Shown in pieces: positions 37,623 through 51,595 of a DNA stretch of 64,000 nucleotides. The position numbers and the translations under genes were made by a program. The stretch is from Lama glama (taxonomy: Eukaryota). The stretch covers positions 35,962,001 to 36,026,000 of the forward strand of contig CM052818.1 in assembly GCA_028534125.1 (NCBI GenBank). The letters run 5' to 3'. How positions within the stretch are numbered: position 1 is the stretch's first letter; the number at the start of each line of letters is the position of its first letter. The notes under the pieces were generated by a model, which was given only the letters and a program-made list of their open reading frames with translations, searched no databases and was not told where the DNA came from.

Positions 37623-38270
37623 AATGTTTTTTGTTTTTAAATAACTATGATTGGTCCACTCAAAAGAACCCCAGGCAGTCTGGCAGGACAGGGACTCAGA
37701 GGTCTCAAATGAATACCAGAAAATGTGCATGGTGTTAACCATTCTTTAGACTCACATTCCACGGCATGCTCGTGCCTCTAAAGCAAGAACACTGGACCAG
37801 GCAGTGCTTTTCCTGTTATATAGAGGAATCGGGGGTCCAGAGAGGCTGCAGAACTCTTGGAATTTTGGAAGGGCCTGAGCTCATTAGAGCTCAGATCAGG
37901 GCTCTGCCACTTACAAATAACCTGGATAACAGCTGCGGTCTCTGCGGGCCTCATCTTCCTCTGTGACAGAGAATAACAATGCTTCCCTCAAAGGACTATT
38001 CTGTCCAAAGACTGAATTAAACAGATAATTAAAATAGGGTGATACAGGAAAGTGTGTACAAATTAGACACACAAAATAATAGTTTCCTTTTTCTACCCCC
38101 AGACTGAAAACAGCAGGCACACTTTGGTGAGGATAGTAAGATTTTTTTGTTACTTAAAAGAAAATCTTTTTGTCTGAAAATAAAGATCACATGAATAATA
38201 AATCAGTATTTATAGTAACATAAAAAGGCATTTCAATGATGTTAATTCTTGTCTCTGGCATATATATTTT

Positions 38271-38295
38271 CACACACACACACACACACACACAC
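38271..38295 (+). repeat. (CA)12 microsatellite
   Basis: Read directly. Confidence 0.95.
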
Positions 38296-38809
38296 CCCTC
38301 TCTTTCCTCATTAGCCAGCTTGAACCATCAGCCTGCAGAGAGGCCTCAGACAGGGGCCCAGGAAGCAAGGGTGAAGAAGCTTCCACTTCAGATCGGTTCT
38401 GAGACAATTTTTCCCCTTCCCTCAGGCTGAGATATTCTGCCATCTGTTTTGATTAAACCTTTCAAAATTCAACTTGTGTTTTTCCTTCCATTCCTTTGAA
38501 ATCTCCTTTAATTTAACAGTCTTTAGGCTTTCTTCTTTCCCTTAACCACCATCTGGTGCTTCTATTTAAAAAAAAAAAAAAAGAAGAAGAAAGAAAGAAA
38601 GAAAAGAAAACACATACAACAAACACTCTGAGTTCCTTGGAAGAAAGGTATAATGATGAGGATAATTTATTCCCATAGTGAGGCCCATTACTATTTCCAT
38701 GGCAACAGACTGTGATGTTCTGAACATGGGACTTTGTGATCATCACAAGAACAGGATGGCAAAAGGCCCTGTTCAGACTCTTTGTCATTATGGATGCTTT
38801 GGGTAGTCA

Positions 38810-39200
38810 CCCTCAGTGGCTCCCAATTGTCTACAGAATTAAGTCCAAAGGCCTTAGCATGGCATTCAAGGCCTTCTCAGTCTGGTCCAGTCATTCCCAG
38901 GCTCATCATCTGCCAAACCCAGGCACCCGGTACTCTGGCCATTCTTCACAGCTCACTGTGTCCTGGACACATCACGCTCTTTCACGCCTCCATGTCTTTC
39001 GTGTCATTTCTTCTCCTTAAAATGCCCAGCCTCCACTCCCCTTCCCCCACCTTTTTTTCTATATGTAATGAAATCCTCCTCATTCCAAAAGTTCAGCTCA
39101 AAAGTCACCTTCTAGATGGACTCTTCCCTCGCTACCCCAAGCAATAGAAATAACTCTCTTTTCTACAGGGATATTAACACCTAACATGTTGTATCACAGC
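38810..39200 (+). mobile_element. L2 fragment
   Basis: cagtggctcccaattgtctacagaattaagtccaaa...gcatggcattcaaggcc...cagctcaaaagtcacct. Confidence 0.75.
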
Positions 39201-40250
39201 TATGTTTGTCTCCTTTATTTGAATTTGCATCACTTGTTATTGGATACATGCTTGCCTCATTTTTGTAGAACACACCAATTATTTCACATGATTCCTCAAA
39301 GCATCATAAGGGCTGGGTGGGTAGCCATTTTATCCCTATTTTACTGTTGAGAACACAGGTTTAGGGAATGTAAGTGATGTTCATAGGTAATAAGTGGCAG
39401 AGCCAGATGCTACTGATTGAATGGAAAGAATGTGGACTTTGGAGTCAGGCATACTTGGGCTCAACTTATGTAACCTTCCTCTCTAACCTCCCATTTCTTC
39501 ACCCGTGGAATGAAGATTAAATGAAGTCTTGTATGTAAAGGTCCTTGGCACATAATCAATAATTAGTGTTAGTTTTCTTCTTTCCCCTTCAAAGTCTACC
39601 TTCTAGTAGCATCTAGAAACAAAATTTTTCTTCCATTTTTGTTCCCCAAATTTTTATATGGGCTGAAATTCAGAAGAACAAGCCAATGAATATCTCCAGC
39701 ATCTCCCAGAGGAAATATTTGCCTTAATTCCTTTACTTTTAATCTGGTCTAGTAAGAGAAGCCATCGAACAGTTGTAAAAATTAAACAAAGCAATGTAAG
39801 GATGGATGAAGCTCTTAGCATGGTGTTTGGTACACGGTAAGTACTCAGGATGCTTGCAATTACATTATTACTATTTCTTTCTCATCATTATCATTATTAT
39901 CATCATTATTTTTTGCACGGCAGAACAAGAGGCCATGTGAGAATTGCAGAAATTAACAAGACAGCCCCATGACTCTGTCTTCATGCTTTTCTTACCAAAA
40001 CCTGTCTTTTTGCTATAGTCATCTTTGCAGTCATTTCCTTCTATAAGATTGTAAGTTCTAGATAGGGCTTCTGTGACTTATCTGTCATTCTTCTATTGGG
40101 TGGACCTAAAACAAAGCCTTGCAGAGGAGAAGCCTTCAGTAAAGTTTGGTCAAAAGAAAGCTGAATAATATTTCTCTGAAAAGAGCTCCATTACTGAATT
40201 AAGACTCAAAAGCCTCTGGCCCTCTCATCATCATTAAGATGTCAATCTTC

Positions 40251-41114
40251 TGCTCAGCATCGCTAATCATCAGGGGAATGCAAATCAAAACCACAAGGAG
40301 ATATCACCTCAGACCTGTCAGAATGGCTCTCATCAAAAAGAACAAAAATAACAAATGTTGGCAAGGACGTGGAGTAAAGGGAACCCTTGGATGCTATTGG
40401 TGGGAATGTAAATTGGTGCAGCCACTGTGGAAAACAGTCTGGAAGTTTCTTAAAAAACTGAAAATAGAACTACCATATGACCTAACAATTCCACTCTTGG
40501 GTATATTTCTGAAAAAAAAATAAAAACACTAATTTGGAAAGATACATGCATCCCAATGTTCACAGCAGCATTATTTACAATTGCCAAGATATGGAAGCAA
40601 CCTAAGTGTCCATCAACAGACAAATGGACAAATGGACAACAAAAATGTACCATATATGTATGATGGAATACTACTCAGCCATAAAAAAGAATGAAATTTT
40701 GCCATTTGCAGCAACATGGGTGGACTTGGAGGGTAATATGCTAAGCGAAATAGTCAGACAGAGAAAGATAAATACTGTATATCACTTATACGTGGAATCT
40801 AAGAAATATAATAAACTAGTGAATATAAAAAAAAAAGAAGCAGACTCACAGATATAGAGAACAAACTAGTGGCTACCAGCGGGGAGACGGAAGTGGGAGG
40901 TGGGGCAAGATAGGGGTAGAGGATTAAGAGCTACAAACTATTAGGTATAAAATAAGCTACAAGTATTATTGTATAACACAAAGAATATAGCAGATATTTT
41001 ATAATAACTATAAGTGGAGTGTAACCTTTAAAAATTGTGAATCACTATATTGTACACCTGTAATTTATATAATATTGTTCATCAACTATACCTCAATATA
41101 AAAAATTGTTTTAA
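40251..41114 (+). mobile_element. 5'-truncated L1 3' end (864 bp)
   Basis: ORF2 C-terminal remnant ([17 protein letters not shown]...[16 protein letters not shown]); TSD aagatgtcaRtcttc at 40236-40250 and 41115-41129. Confidence 0.93.
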
Positions 41115-44100
41115 AAGATGTCAGTCTTCACCAATGGGGTGTTTGCTGGGAAAACCATTTTTGAGAAGGTTGTACACTTCTATAGAGGATTAGATAGAGC
41201 TTTTTGAGACTAAATACTTAAACTTGTAGCTCCTCTACATAATTTTTCCTATAGGACACAGACAACTCCCAGATTAGGAGACAGACAGCTCATGGTCTCT
41301 GGAGGATGCACAGAGGTCTGAAGAAATTGTATCCCGGAAAACATGTCAACTGGGAATCAAGCACAGCCTCAATTGGCTGGTCTAGTGGTAACATCACTTA
41401 CATATTCATTCAACAAATATTTTGCTGAATATCTCCTTCACTTTAGGCCCAATATTGAGCTAAGCCATATCACGAAGTCCTGTTTAGCAACATGCAACTC
41501 CCTTCCTTCACCACCAAACCAACCACCTAACGAGAAAGAATACAACTACCTTCAGGTAAGGGAAGTGAGGCTCAGTATATTTAAGTGGCTTGCTCCAATA
41601 TCACACATGAAACTAACAGAGGAAGGATTTAAATTTAAACCCAAGTCTCTGGGGCCCAGACCTCACACATTTTCTCTGGTGCATCTCCGTGACTCCCAGG
41701 ACCGCTTGCAGATTCCCCAAAATTCACTGCTGGTGATCACACCCCAGGGGCATGTGCTGGCCAGTCTGTCCTCTTTCTCACTGTCCATCACGCTAGGGTT
41801 AGGATTAAGGTTATCTTTGCTGGCTTTCTCTCTGGCCTTCGCTTAGATTGTGGCCTCTGGTCTGAGCCTCTCTAGGAATGGTGAGGCCTACAACACTCAG
41901 GATGCAAAGGATCTCAGGGAGGAGGTTTGTGGTGTGTCCTTTAATATCTTCCCTTTTAGAACTCCCCCACTTCTTTTGGCTACAGCTGGGGTTGGGTAGG
42001 GGGCATTGATTCTGACTCATCACACACTTTGAGAGCCTCTGACTCATCTCAGCTCTGGTGTTCTTCCAACTCTGCTCAGAACACTGTGGGTGCCCTTCCC
42101 CAGCTGCTCAGGAGCAGCCAGACCCGTTCAGATGTGCTTGGTTCAGCCCTAAATGACACCAAGTTCATTAGTAAATTAGACACACACACAAGAATCAAAG
42201 ACTCCCCAGCAACCAACAGGACTTAGGCAAGTTTTAGACTGTGTTGAAGCCAAGATTAATGTCCAATACCATTAGAATTAATTAACTGCTTTGCATTCAA
42301 GCATATAGCTTACATTTACACTGGTAGTATTGATAGTAAAAAGTTTATTTTTAAATTAAAAAGCTTATAAAAGTTAACTATAAATATTAAATATTAGTAG
42401 TTGAAAGTTAACCATAATTTTAAAAAGTTAACTATGTTAAAAGAATTTCCCTTATTCATTATTTTATATAGCTATATAATAAAATATACCCAAGACAGGG
42501 AATTTGCAAGAGATCACATTTATCAAAAGTTAAGAAACAAGCTTATTTAACTGCTTTAAAAATTGTCCTTTGAGCTCTTCCCATATAGTATATGACAGGT
42601 GTTTCTTCAAGGACATGAAGGCCTCCAAGTTCATTTAACCATTCCTGATTGCCATTTTAATCACTATGCAGTAATTCCATTTCAAAAAGAATTTTGCATT
42701 TGGTAGAATTTTGGCATTATGCTAGCCTTTCTTTTCATGAGATGTTCTGATTCACTCTCTGGAGAGCAGAGCTTTTTCCCTGTTTATTTATTGACAAGGG
42801 TGCTTTGTCCCACCCTCTGATAACTTTGCTTACTCTAACTGTAAAACTTCAATTTCCAACATTTATCATCTTCTTTGAGGTGGTTTTAATATTAGTCTCA
42901 TCCTGTGGTATCTTGTTTAACAGCAAAGAACAACTTCCTTTTAGAAGAAAGTTGGCTTTATCTCCATTTTTAAGAACAGATGTTTTTATGTTTTGATGAA
43001 CCCCCATCTGGAATCTCTTCCAACTTGATTTCTTTGACACCAAGCTTCTTGTTTTCCCCTTGATCTGACACCCACTTTATTGACTGTGCCTCTGAAATGC
43101 TTATTTGCAAAGATATGGTTATATGCTGGTACTAGGATTTTTGTTACCTCCTTTGGCCATATTTCTTAAATGTTTCCTAGTAATTTGTATTCTGCAAGAA
43201 ATGAAACTGAGCCATGGTTCTGCAGAAACTTGATAATGTCCTCCCTGGAGGGCTACAATGCTCAGCCTGCTGGAGGCCAACAACCTCAGTCTTCTCCCTT
43301 AGTGAGGGTCCTCAGCACCTCTGTTCTGGATGTATTTGGAACTAGGGAGTTTGGTAGGACAAAGGATGTTTTCAGGATTTAAAGAGAAAAGGAGCCACCT
43401 ACATTGAGCTCAATCCCGTGCCGAAGTTATTGCAGTTCCTGCCTCCGATACCGCATGTTCTGGCTTTTAGCAGGATTGTTCTCCCAGCTTTGCTCTGAAA
43501 TGTAAAGCCCCATTGCCCACTGCAAGTCTTAATGAAAAGCAGCTCATAAGCAAGTTACGTAACCTAATTGTAATCCAGGGATCAGCTTGGTTATATTATT
43601 TAAAGAAATAGCATCCATTTTCCGTGACCTGATTTAGAAAAGAAACCCAGGGAAGAAAAAAATACCCAATTCAGCACTTGGCTCTTTTTGCTTATTCTAA
43701 TGAGAACGCTTGTAAATAATTCAAAAACAATGATTTTTAAGAGCATTAAATCCATCTCGGTTCAGGGTTCTATCTCAAAGCAGCTTTAGCTGCTTAAAAC
43801 AAATTATATTTGATCATGAAATATGGCGCTTATTTTTGCAGACAATTTAATCATTTAGTATGTTTAATTTCCTCATCAATTCAACACACGTGAAACACTG
43901 ACTAAAGGCAGGATGCTGGGGAATGCTAAGATGCATGAGCCCTGCTCTCAGGAAGCTTAAATTCTGATTAGGGTTAGTAATAATAATAATAACGTGTCAT
44001 CATTAATTCATTAATTGGAATGAATGTACCATATAATGTAAAATGTTAACAACAAGGCAAACAGGGCTGATAGTTGGTAGAGGGTTTACAGTAACTCTGT

Positions 44101-45024
44101 ACTATCTTGGCAACTTTTCTGTAAATCTAAAACTATTCTAAAATGAAGTTATTTTTTAAAATATGGATAGGGAAACAGTTGGATACACAAATAGAAACAC
44201 ATCCATCCTTGTTGCCTGGTTTATAGAAATTAAACCAGACCTGCCTAATAGGCAGTTTCTTAAGTGGTACGATTGTTTTATGAACTTCAGAAGCACAAAA
44301 CTGGATTATCACCGTCCTGATTCATGTTAATGGTGTTCCATGAATCCAGGACTATGATTAGTCCTTTGGTCCTTTCATAAACCTCATTTGATTGATTTAT
44401 ACCGTATGTGTTATAATAATATAATAAACCACTCACGGACCCACCTCTCAACCCAAGAGCTAAAAGACCTCCATGACTTACACTGACCCACGTGTTCCTC
44501 CTCTATCCCATCCCCCAACCTTCCCCTTAGTAGTGGTTATTCTCTTAAATTTTGCTTTTATCATACACTTCCTTTTCTTTACATTTTTATTACACATATG
44601 TGTGGGCCTAAACAATATGGTAGTTTATTTATGTTTGAACTTATATGTTGTCTTCTGGGACTTGTTCTTTTGGCTAAACATTATGTTCCCTATATTTATC
44701 AACAATGTTGTAGTTATAGTTAATTCATTTTCACTGTTGTATAATATTCAATAGTAGGATGTACCACAATTTTATTTAATCATTTTCATCAACAGTTTCT
44801 AAATTTTTGCTATTACAAGTGGATTCTGCCATGAACACTCTTATAAGTGTGTCCTGTTAAACATGTACTAATGTTTCCAATGAATCAGAGCTTTAAGAGA
44901 TTGAACAATCTTAAAACTGCGTAAGACTCCAAGCTCAACAGTTTACTTATAAAGCACATGTCCAGGGAAGAGCATAAAATATAAATTCTTCACCTTTGAG
45001 GGAAAGGAAAATATGAATATTCCA

Positions 45025-45505
45025 TGTCAGGATTTAATTTGGCTGTACCATAAAATCCAAATTAACAAGGGCTTAAACATACATGTAGCTCTCATGTAAA
45101 ACATCCAGAGGTGAGAAGCCTGGGGATGGTATGGCAAAGCCCACAAAGTTGTCAAGGATCCAAGCTTCTCCAGCTATCTAGTTTGCTAGCCCAGGATGTG
45201 ACCTTTATATTCATGGTCCAAAAGGGCTGCTCAGCTTCTAGCCATTGTATCTGCTTCTTAGTCAGTAAGAAGGAAAAAGAAAGGAAAAAGAATATACATC
45301 TTCCATTCAAGAACCTTTTCCCCAAATCACATATGACATTTCTAATTACATCTCATTTACCAGAAGGTAGACACATGGTTACATCTAGTTTCAAGGGAGG
45401 CTGTAAAATGTAGTCTTTATTCTGGGCATCTCTGTACTCAGCTAAAAATTCTATTACCAAAGAAGAATGAGAAAAAGGACTTTGAAGACAGTTAGCAGTC
45501 TCTGA
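45025..45505 (-). mobile_element. ERVL-MaLR LTR (MLT1-like)
   Basis: cacatggttacatctagtttcaagggaggctgtaaaatgtagtcttta and related MLT1 motifs. Confidence 0.65.
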
Positions 45506-46122
45506 GAGAACTGTCACAGCCGAAGTGAGAACAGAATGTAAACCAACCCAACAAGAATTTATGTTGAAAAGCATAAAGAAAAAATAAACATTGATAATAT
45601 TACCACTCAATGATTATTGCTGTTAACTTTTAAATTCACACATTCGTTTAAAAGGGATTATTTAAATTATTACAGTAAGTCAAAGGGAAAGATGGCTACA
45701 TTGTTTCCCTCCTTTAAACTCTTAATAAACCTCATGGGAAATGTAACATGGGAGTAACTAGAGGAAAGAGGAAAATGTGCTCTCTAATTGCATTTTAAAA
45801 TTTCTCAGAGTTGCCAAATGCAAAATAACTTTAGCTGCATACAGGGTGCTCTGGAAGAAGGATTTAAAAGTGAATTTAAAAGAAAAATGATTAGCCACCC
45901 CAGAAAAAGTACAGGCACAGCTTCAAGAGGGAAGGTGACCAGAAAAATGAATGGCCACAAGAACTTTGGGAAAACTCGGATCAGTAGAGCTGCCCAGACC
46001 ATAGGGAGGGAGAGGCACAAATATCAATAACTAGAAATATTTTCCCACTAAGCATGCCCTACCACATAAGCACAAGATAGGCTACATGGGGATCTTCTCT
46101 CTTTATTAAAAGAGTCTTCTAG

Positions 46123-46281
46123 GGGGGAGGGTTTAGCTCAAGTGGTACAGCACATGCTCAGCATGCACAAGATCCTGGGTTCAATCCCCAGTACCTCCTT
46201 TAAAAGTAAATAAATCTAATTACCTCCTCCCCCCAAAATAAAACAATTAAAATAATACAATAATAAATAAATGTTTATTTC
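46123..46281 (+). mobile_element. tRNA-derived SINE (Vic-1-like)
   Basis: A and B boxes; perfect 14-bp TSD aaagagtcttctag at 46109-46122 and 46282-46295; TT/AAAA target. Confidence 0.9.
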
Positions 46282-46644
46282 AAAGAGTCTTCTAGATAGT
46301 GAACTAACATGGCATATGACCTTCAGTCGAGAAAAAGGCTATTACACAGAGGTGCAAATGCACTCAACAAACTTACTAAGATTAGGTCCCTGTCTTCCTG
46401 GAGACCATAGTCCTGTAAGCGAGACAGTGAGGTGTCTGTAAAGATGAGCTGATATTTACTATGCGACAGATGCTGTACTAAGCACTTTACATGCATAGTC
46501 GAATTTAGCATTTATAACAATCTACCCTTATCCCCATTTGATAGATGAAGAAAATAAAGTCATAAGTTAGGTAATTTGTAAATCAGAAAAAGACTACTAG
46601 ACATTGTAAATTGACTGTACTTCAATTTTTAAAAATGGAGAAAA

Positions 46645-46778
46645 GTGGAGAGGGTATAGCTCAGCGGGAGAGTATATGCTTAGCATTCACTCTGGGTTCA
46701 ATCCCCAATACTTCATTAAAAATTAATAAATAAACCTAATTACCTGCCCCCCCAATTAAAAAGAAAAAAAAAACATTT
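46645..46778 (+). mobile_element. tRNA-derived SINE (Vic-1-like)
   Basis: gagggtatagctcagcgggagag...ctgggttcaatcccc; probable TSD aatggaRaaaa at 46634-46644 and 46779-46789. Confidence 0.85.
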
Positions 46779-46844
46779 AATGGAAAAAAAGAGACTATTA
46801 GATAGTTAAGTTAAAATGATTGCGTTGACACCAAAAACATAGTT

Positions 46845-47830
46845 CTTAAAAGGAAAAATTGACAAATTGGATCACATCAAAGCTTAAAACTTCTGCTTTG
46901 CAATAGACCCCGTGAAGAGAATGAAAAGATAAGCTATAGATGGGGAGAAAATATTTGCAAACCACAAATCCAAAAAAGGACTTGTATATAGAATATATAG
47001 GAACTCTCAAAACTAAGCAGTTAAAAAAATCCAATTAGAAAATTGGCAAAAGATACAAATGGATGTTTCAGCAAAGAAGACATGTAGATGGCAAATACAC
47101 AAAAAGGTGCTAAACATCATTAGCCACTAGGGCAATGCAAAGCCTAACAACGAGATATCGCTACACACCTATAAGAATGCTGCGGGGGATGTGAAGAGAC
47201 TGGATCATTCACACAATGCTAGGAATAGTAAATGATATACCCACTCTGGAATACAGTTTGGCTATTTCTTTTAAAACTAAACATGCAACTAACATATGAT
47301 CCTGCAATTGAACTCTTGGGCATTTATTCCGGAGAAATGAAAATCTGTGCTTACACAAATCTGTACATGAAAATTCATAATGGTTTTATTTATATTAGCC
47401 TAAAACTGGAAATAATCCAGATGTCCTCCAACTGGTGAGTGGTTAAACAACCTATGGTATATACCATAGAATATTACTGAGCAATAAAAAGGAGGGAACT
47501 ATTAATACACATAGCTTGGATGGATCTTGAGAGAATTATGGCAAATGAAACAAGCCAATCTCAAAGGTTATATACTGCATTATTTCATTTATATAATATT
47601 CTTGAAATAACAAAATTACAGAAATAGAGACCAGATTTGTGGTTGCCAGGGGTTAAGAACAAGCTGGTTGAGTGAAGGAAGTGGGCGTGGCTCTAAAGAG
47701 CAACATGAGCCTTGGGGTGATGGAGCAGTTCTGTATCTCCACTGTGGTGGCTGTTACACACAGCTATACATATGATAAGGTGGCATAAAAGTATACACAT
47801 GCACATGACTATAAAACTAGTGCAATCTGA
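46845..47830 (+). mobile_element. L1 (L1MB/MC-like) 3' portion
   Basis: ORF2 end (attgacaaattggatcacatcaaagcttaaaacttctgc) followed by 3' UTR. Confidence 0.85.
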
Positions 47831-50800
47831 ATTAAACAAATGATTAAAGATATAGAAGAAAGAAAAGAAGCCATTATGAAGAAAATCTAGGCATATTAAA
47901 AAATTTTGTAGAAATAAAAAACATTGTCACTGAAATAAAAAGCTTAAAAGGACAGTTAAGCAGCATATTGGACACAGCTGAGGAAGAATCTTTACCTAGA
48001 GAATACCGAATAAATAACACAGAATGCAGTACAGATTAAAGAGGTGGAAACCCCACGAGAGGAGCTAAGAGACAGAGAGGACATGAGAAGATGCTACGCA
48101 CCCCCAGTAGGAGTTCCTGTAGGAGAAAAATAGGAGGAGAGGCAACACTCAGAGAAAACATTGAAATTTTCCATACTTAAAGAAAGATGTAAGTCCTCAC
48201 ACTAAAGGACAAGGCAGGAAAAAAATCCATAGACAAATGATAGTGAAAGAATCTACAGAGTACCAGAGATAGAAAAATCTCAAAAGCAACCAGAGGGGAA
48301 AGACATCTCACCACAAAAGAATAACTATTTGATAGGCAACAGACTTCTCAGCAACAATAGGGTCTTAAAAACTAGATTAACATCTTCAAAGGGCTAAGAG
48401 AAAATATTTAACTTAAAGTTACACACATAAGCAAAGTATCTTTTAAAATAAGGCTAACATAAAAAAATAAAATAAAATAAGGCTAACATAAAGTCATTTT
48501 CAGACTAACAGAGAAACATTTTATTATTCACAGGCTATCACTGGGAGACCTATAATAGTTATTGCTTCCTGGAGTAGCAGATGAAAGAAACTGAAACAAA
48601 AGTAAAGACATGAAATGCAAAAGACAGAAAACAGTTAAGAGGTAAACTGGTAAACATGTAAATTGAATCTATACAAATATTCATTCGTAAAAACAACATT
48701 AATAATACTGGAGACTAACTGGCATTTAGAAACAAAGTGTAAATAAAATACCAATCAAGAATAACATGTCAAGTGAGAGGTAGAGTGACCAAATTTAAAG
48801 AATCTAAGGCTTGGCACTCCTTGGGAAGAGGATAGAACTCTTGGTTCAAATATTGTTAAAGCAACCTTACATGTTAAATATTAACAATAACCAAAAAGCT
48901 TCCAAAAGTATAGACATATAATATATAACTTCCCAACCAACAGAGAAAAGAAGACTTTAAAATATCAAGACAATGCATGATAGAAAAAGAAAAACAGCAA
49001 GTGCAGAGTAAGCAGAAGATACGAAATAACTTGCTAAAATTAATACCAAATATATAACTGATCAAAATAAAAGAAGAGGGATTCTATCTCTCCATTAAAA
49101 GTCAGAAATTCTCCAGTTAGAGTTAAAAAAACAACCAAGCCCTGCCATATGCTGATGAAAACAAAGGGATAATAAAATACTAGGAAAATGTGTATTTTTT
49201 AAAAGCTGGCACACCAATATTATCGTTACAGAGTAAATATTAAAGCATGAAGTATTATTAGTGATAAAGAGTATCGTTACTTAATAATAAAAGGAATAAT
49301 TCTCTGCTTTGTTCAATGCTGTTTTTTGACTGTCCTTAACAATGCCTGGCACATAGTAGGTGCTCAGTAAATGAATGGTTGAATTTATTAAATCATGAGG
49401 AAGAAACAGACCTAACATCATAGCCTTAAAATATAAAGAGAGCGGAACTTGACAAAATTCTAAGGAAAATTGGTAAATCTATAACAACACTGGGAGGTTT
49501 TTTAACATTTCTCACACATGAAATAGTAAGGTCAAACACAAAGTTAGTTAAAGATACAGATGATTTATATAACTGACTTAAATTCAATCTAACTGACATG
49601 CAGAGAACTCTATACCCAACAATTATAGGATACATAATTTTTCAAGATCACTTATAAAGTTAAATAGAAAACATTTATAAATATTAACTCTGCATAAGAC
49701 CATAAAGAAGGTCTTAACAAACATTAAAGAATTTATATATAGAGCATGTTTTCTGAGTACAATGTGATAAAGTTAGAAATAAATTTAAAAACTTTTTAAT
49801 CTTTGGAAATTTTTAAAACAATTTAAATTTAGTCTTCAAAAGAGAAATAATTATGAAAATACATAGAAAATCAATGGCAATAAAAACATTACGTATCAAA
49901 CTTATAGTGCAAATAGCACAAAAAGAAAATTTCTTTGTATGTATGTATTTTTAAAAGAAGAATAAACATTAATGAGTTGTATTTCTAAATCCAGATATTA
50001 CAAAATGAATAAAGGAGTACTATCTAGTGCAGTAGATTCAATAAAATATGGTAAACAAACTTCTGGTAAGGTTGATCAATAAAAAAAGAGAAGGCACAAA
50101 TAAACAATATTGGAAATGATATAAAGATATAACTATGATTACAATAAAAAGCATCTGACAAATTAGTGCCAATAAATTTGGAATGAAATGACATTGATTT
50201 TTAACATAGATTTTAAAATTTAACTTGAGAAGAAATAGAAAATATTAGTAGGCCTATAATCATAAAAGAAATGGAATAATAGTTACATCTACCACAAAGA
50301 ATACATGAGGTTCTTATCATTTTGCAGGAGAGTTCATTTCTAGCAAATGAACTCAAAAATGGAAAGTTCATTTTAGGAGGCTTGTGTATCCTTGATACCA
50401 AAACCAGACAATGACTGTACAAGAAAGGAAAATATAGGCCAATCTTGGTTATGGACATAAATGTAAAAAATCCTAGACAAAATAATAGCAATCCCAATCC
50501 AGAAATGTAGTTTTTTTAAAGATTGTGATCAACTGGGTTTATCACACAAATACAATGATGAATTACCATAAGAAAAAAATCTATTATTTTATTTCAGCGC
50601 ATTAATAAATTAAAGAAGGAAAACCACATGATCATCTCAGAGGATACAGGAAAAGCACTCAATAAAATTCAACATCCACTTATGATTTTTTTAGAAACCA
50701 CAAAACTCTTAGCTAACTAGAAATAGAAGGAGACTTCCTACCATGAAAAAGTGTATTTACCAAAAACCTGAAGCAAACATTATAGTCGACAGTGAAATGT

Positions 50801-50935
50801 CTAGAAGTCTTTTTTAATTCAAGGAAAAAAGACAAGGATGACCATTATCACCACGTCTATTTACCTTTGTCCTGGAGGTCCTGTGAAAGGAACAAGTGAA
50901 ATGTGAAAGAATTAGAATCAGAAACAAAACCATCA
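47830..50935 (+). mobile_element. Ancient L1 (L1M/L1ME) ORF1-ORF2 remnant
   Basis: A-rich degraded ORF1 (caacagacttctcagcaacaatag) and RT region (aaaccacatgatcatctca...aaaagcactcaataaaattcaacatcca). Confidence 0.8.
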
Positions 50936-51595
50936 TAGCTCTTTCAAATTCCAGGTCTGATAATTCCAATATCTCTGCCACATCTGAGTCTGATGGCTCT
51001 GTCTCTTCACACTGTGTTTGTCTTTTAGCACACCTTGTAATTTTTTGGTATACAAATAAAAGGAACTGAGGTAAATAGGCCTTTAGTGGATAGTTTTATA
51101 TTTATCTGGCTGGCGGTTGCCTGTGTTTACCTTTTGCTATAACTGTAGGTGTCAGAGCCTAAAATTTCCTCTGGCATCCTGTTTGTCTGCTCTGCTGCCT
51201 TTAGGTTTCTCTGGAGACTTCTTCTTAAATAATGTCTGAGACACACAATTCTTTCATCTGTGTCCCCCTGTTATTATACAGAGGCCTTACTGACACGATG
51301 GTTCAGGGTGGGGAGAGGGGAATGTTCTATAGCCCATGATTAGGGCTCACACTTCTAGTGAGCCCTGCCCCTGGGTTCTGTAAAGCCCACTTCACAGGTA
51401 CTTCTTGGTTTTGTTTTATTTTTTTTCCCCTTAGGTCAGACGGGAAGGTTAGAGGGGGCTGGAGTAGGATAATTTCCCTTCCTTCAGATTAGTCTGTGTC
51501 TCGTAAAATCCCGGTCAGTTAGACTCTGGTAAAATAGTTTCTCTTGAGGGCAGGCCTTGTTGAGAACAGAATGCTCTGGGCATGTTTCAAAACAG
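50935..51595 (-). mobile_element. Probable old L1 5'-region fragment in the opposite orientation
   Basis: Abrupt switch to a T-rich strand; gtctgataattccaatatctctgcc...tctgagtctg resembles a reversed L1M 5' region. Confidence 0.5.

Noticed and set aside
40239..40857. ORFs resembling proteins (also 16107-16500, 19618-20720, 47232-47438)
   Set aside because: Fragments of L1 ORF2 or antisense frames of L1 sequence.
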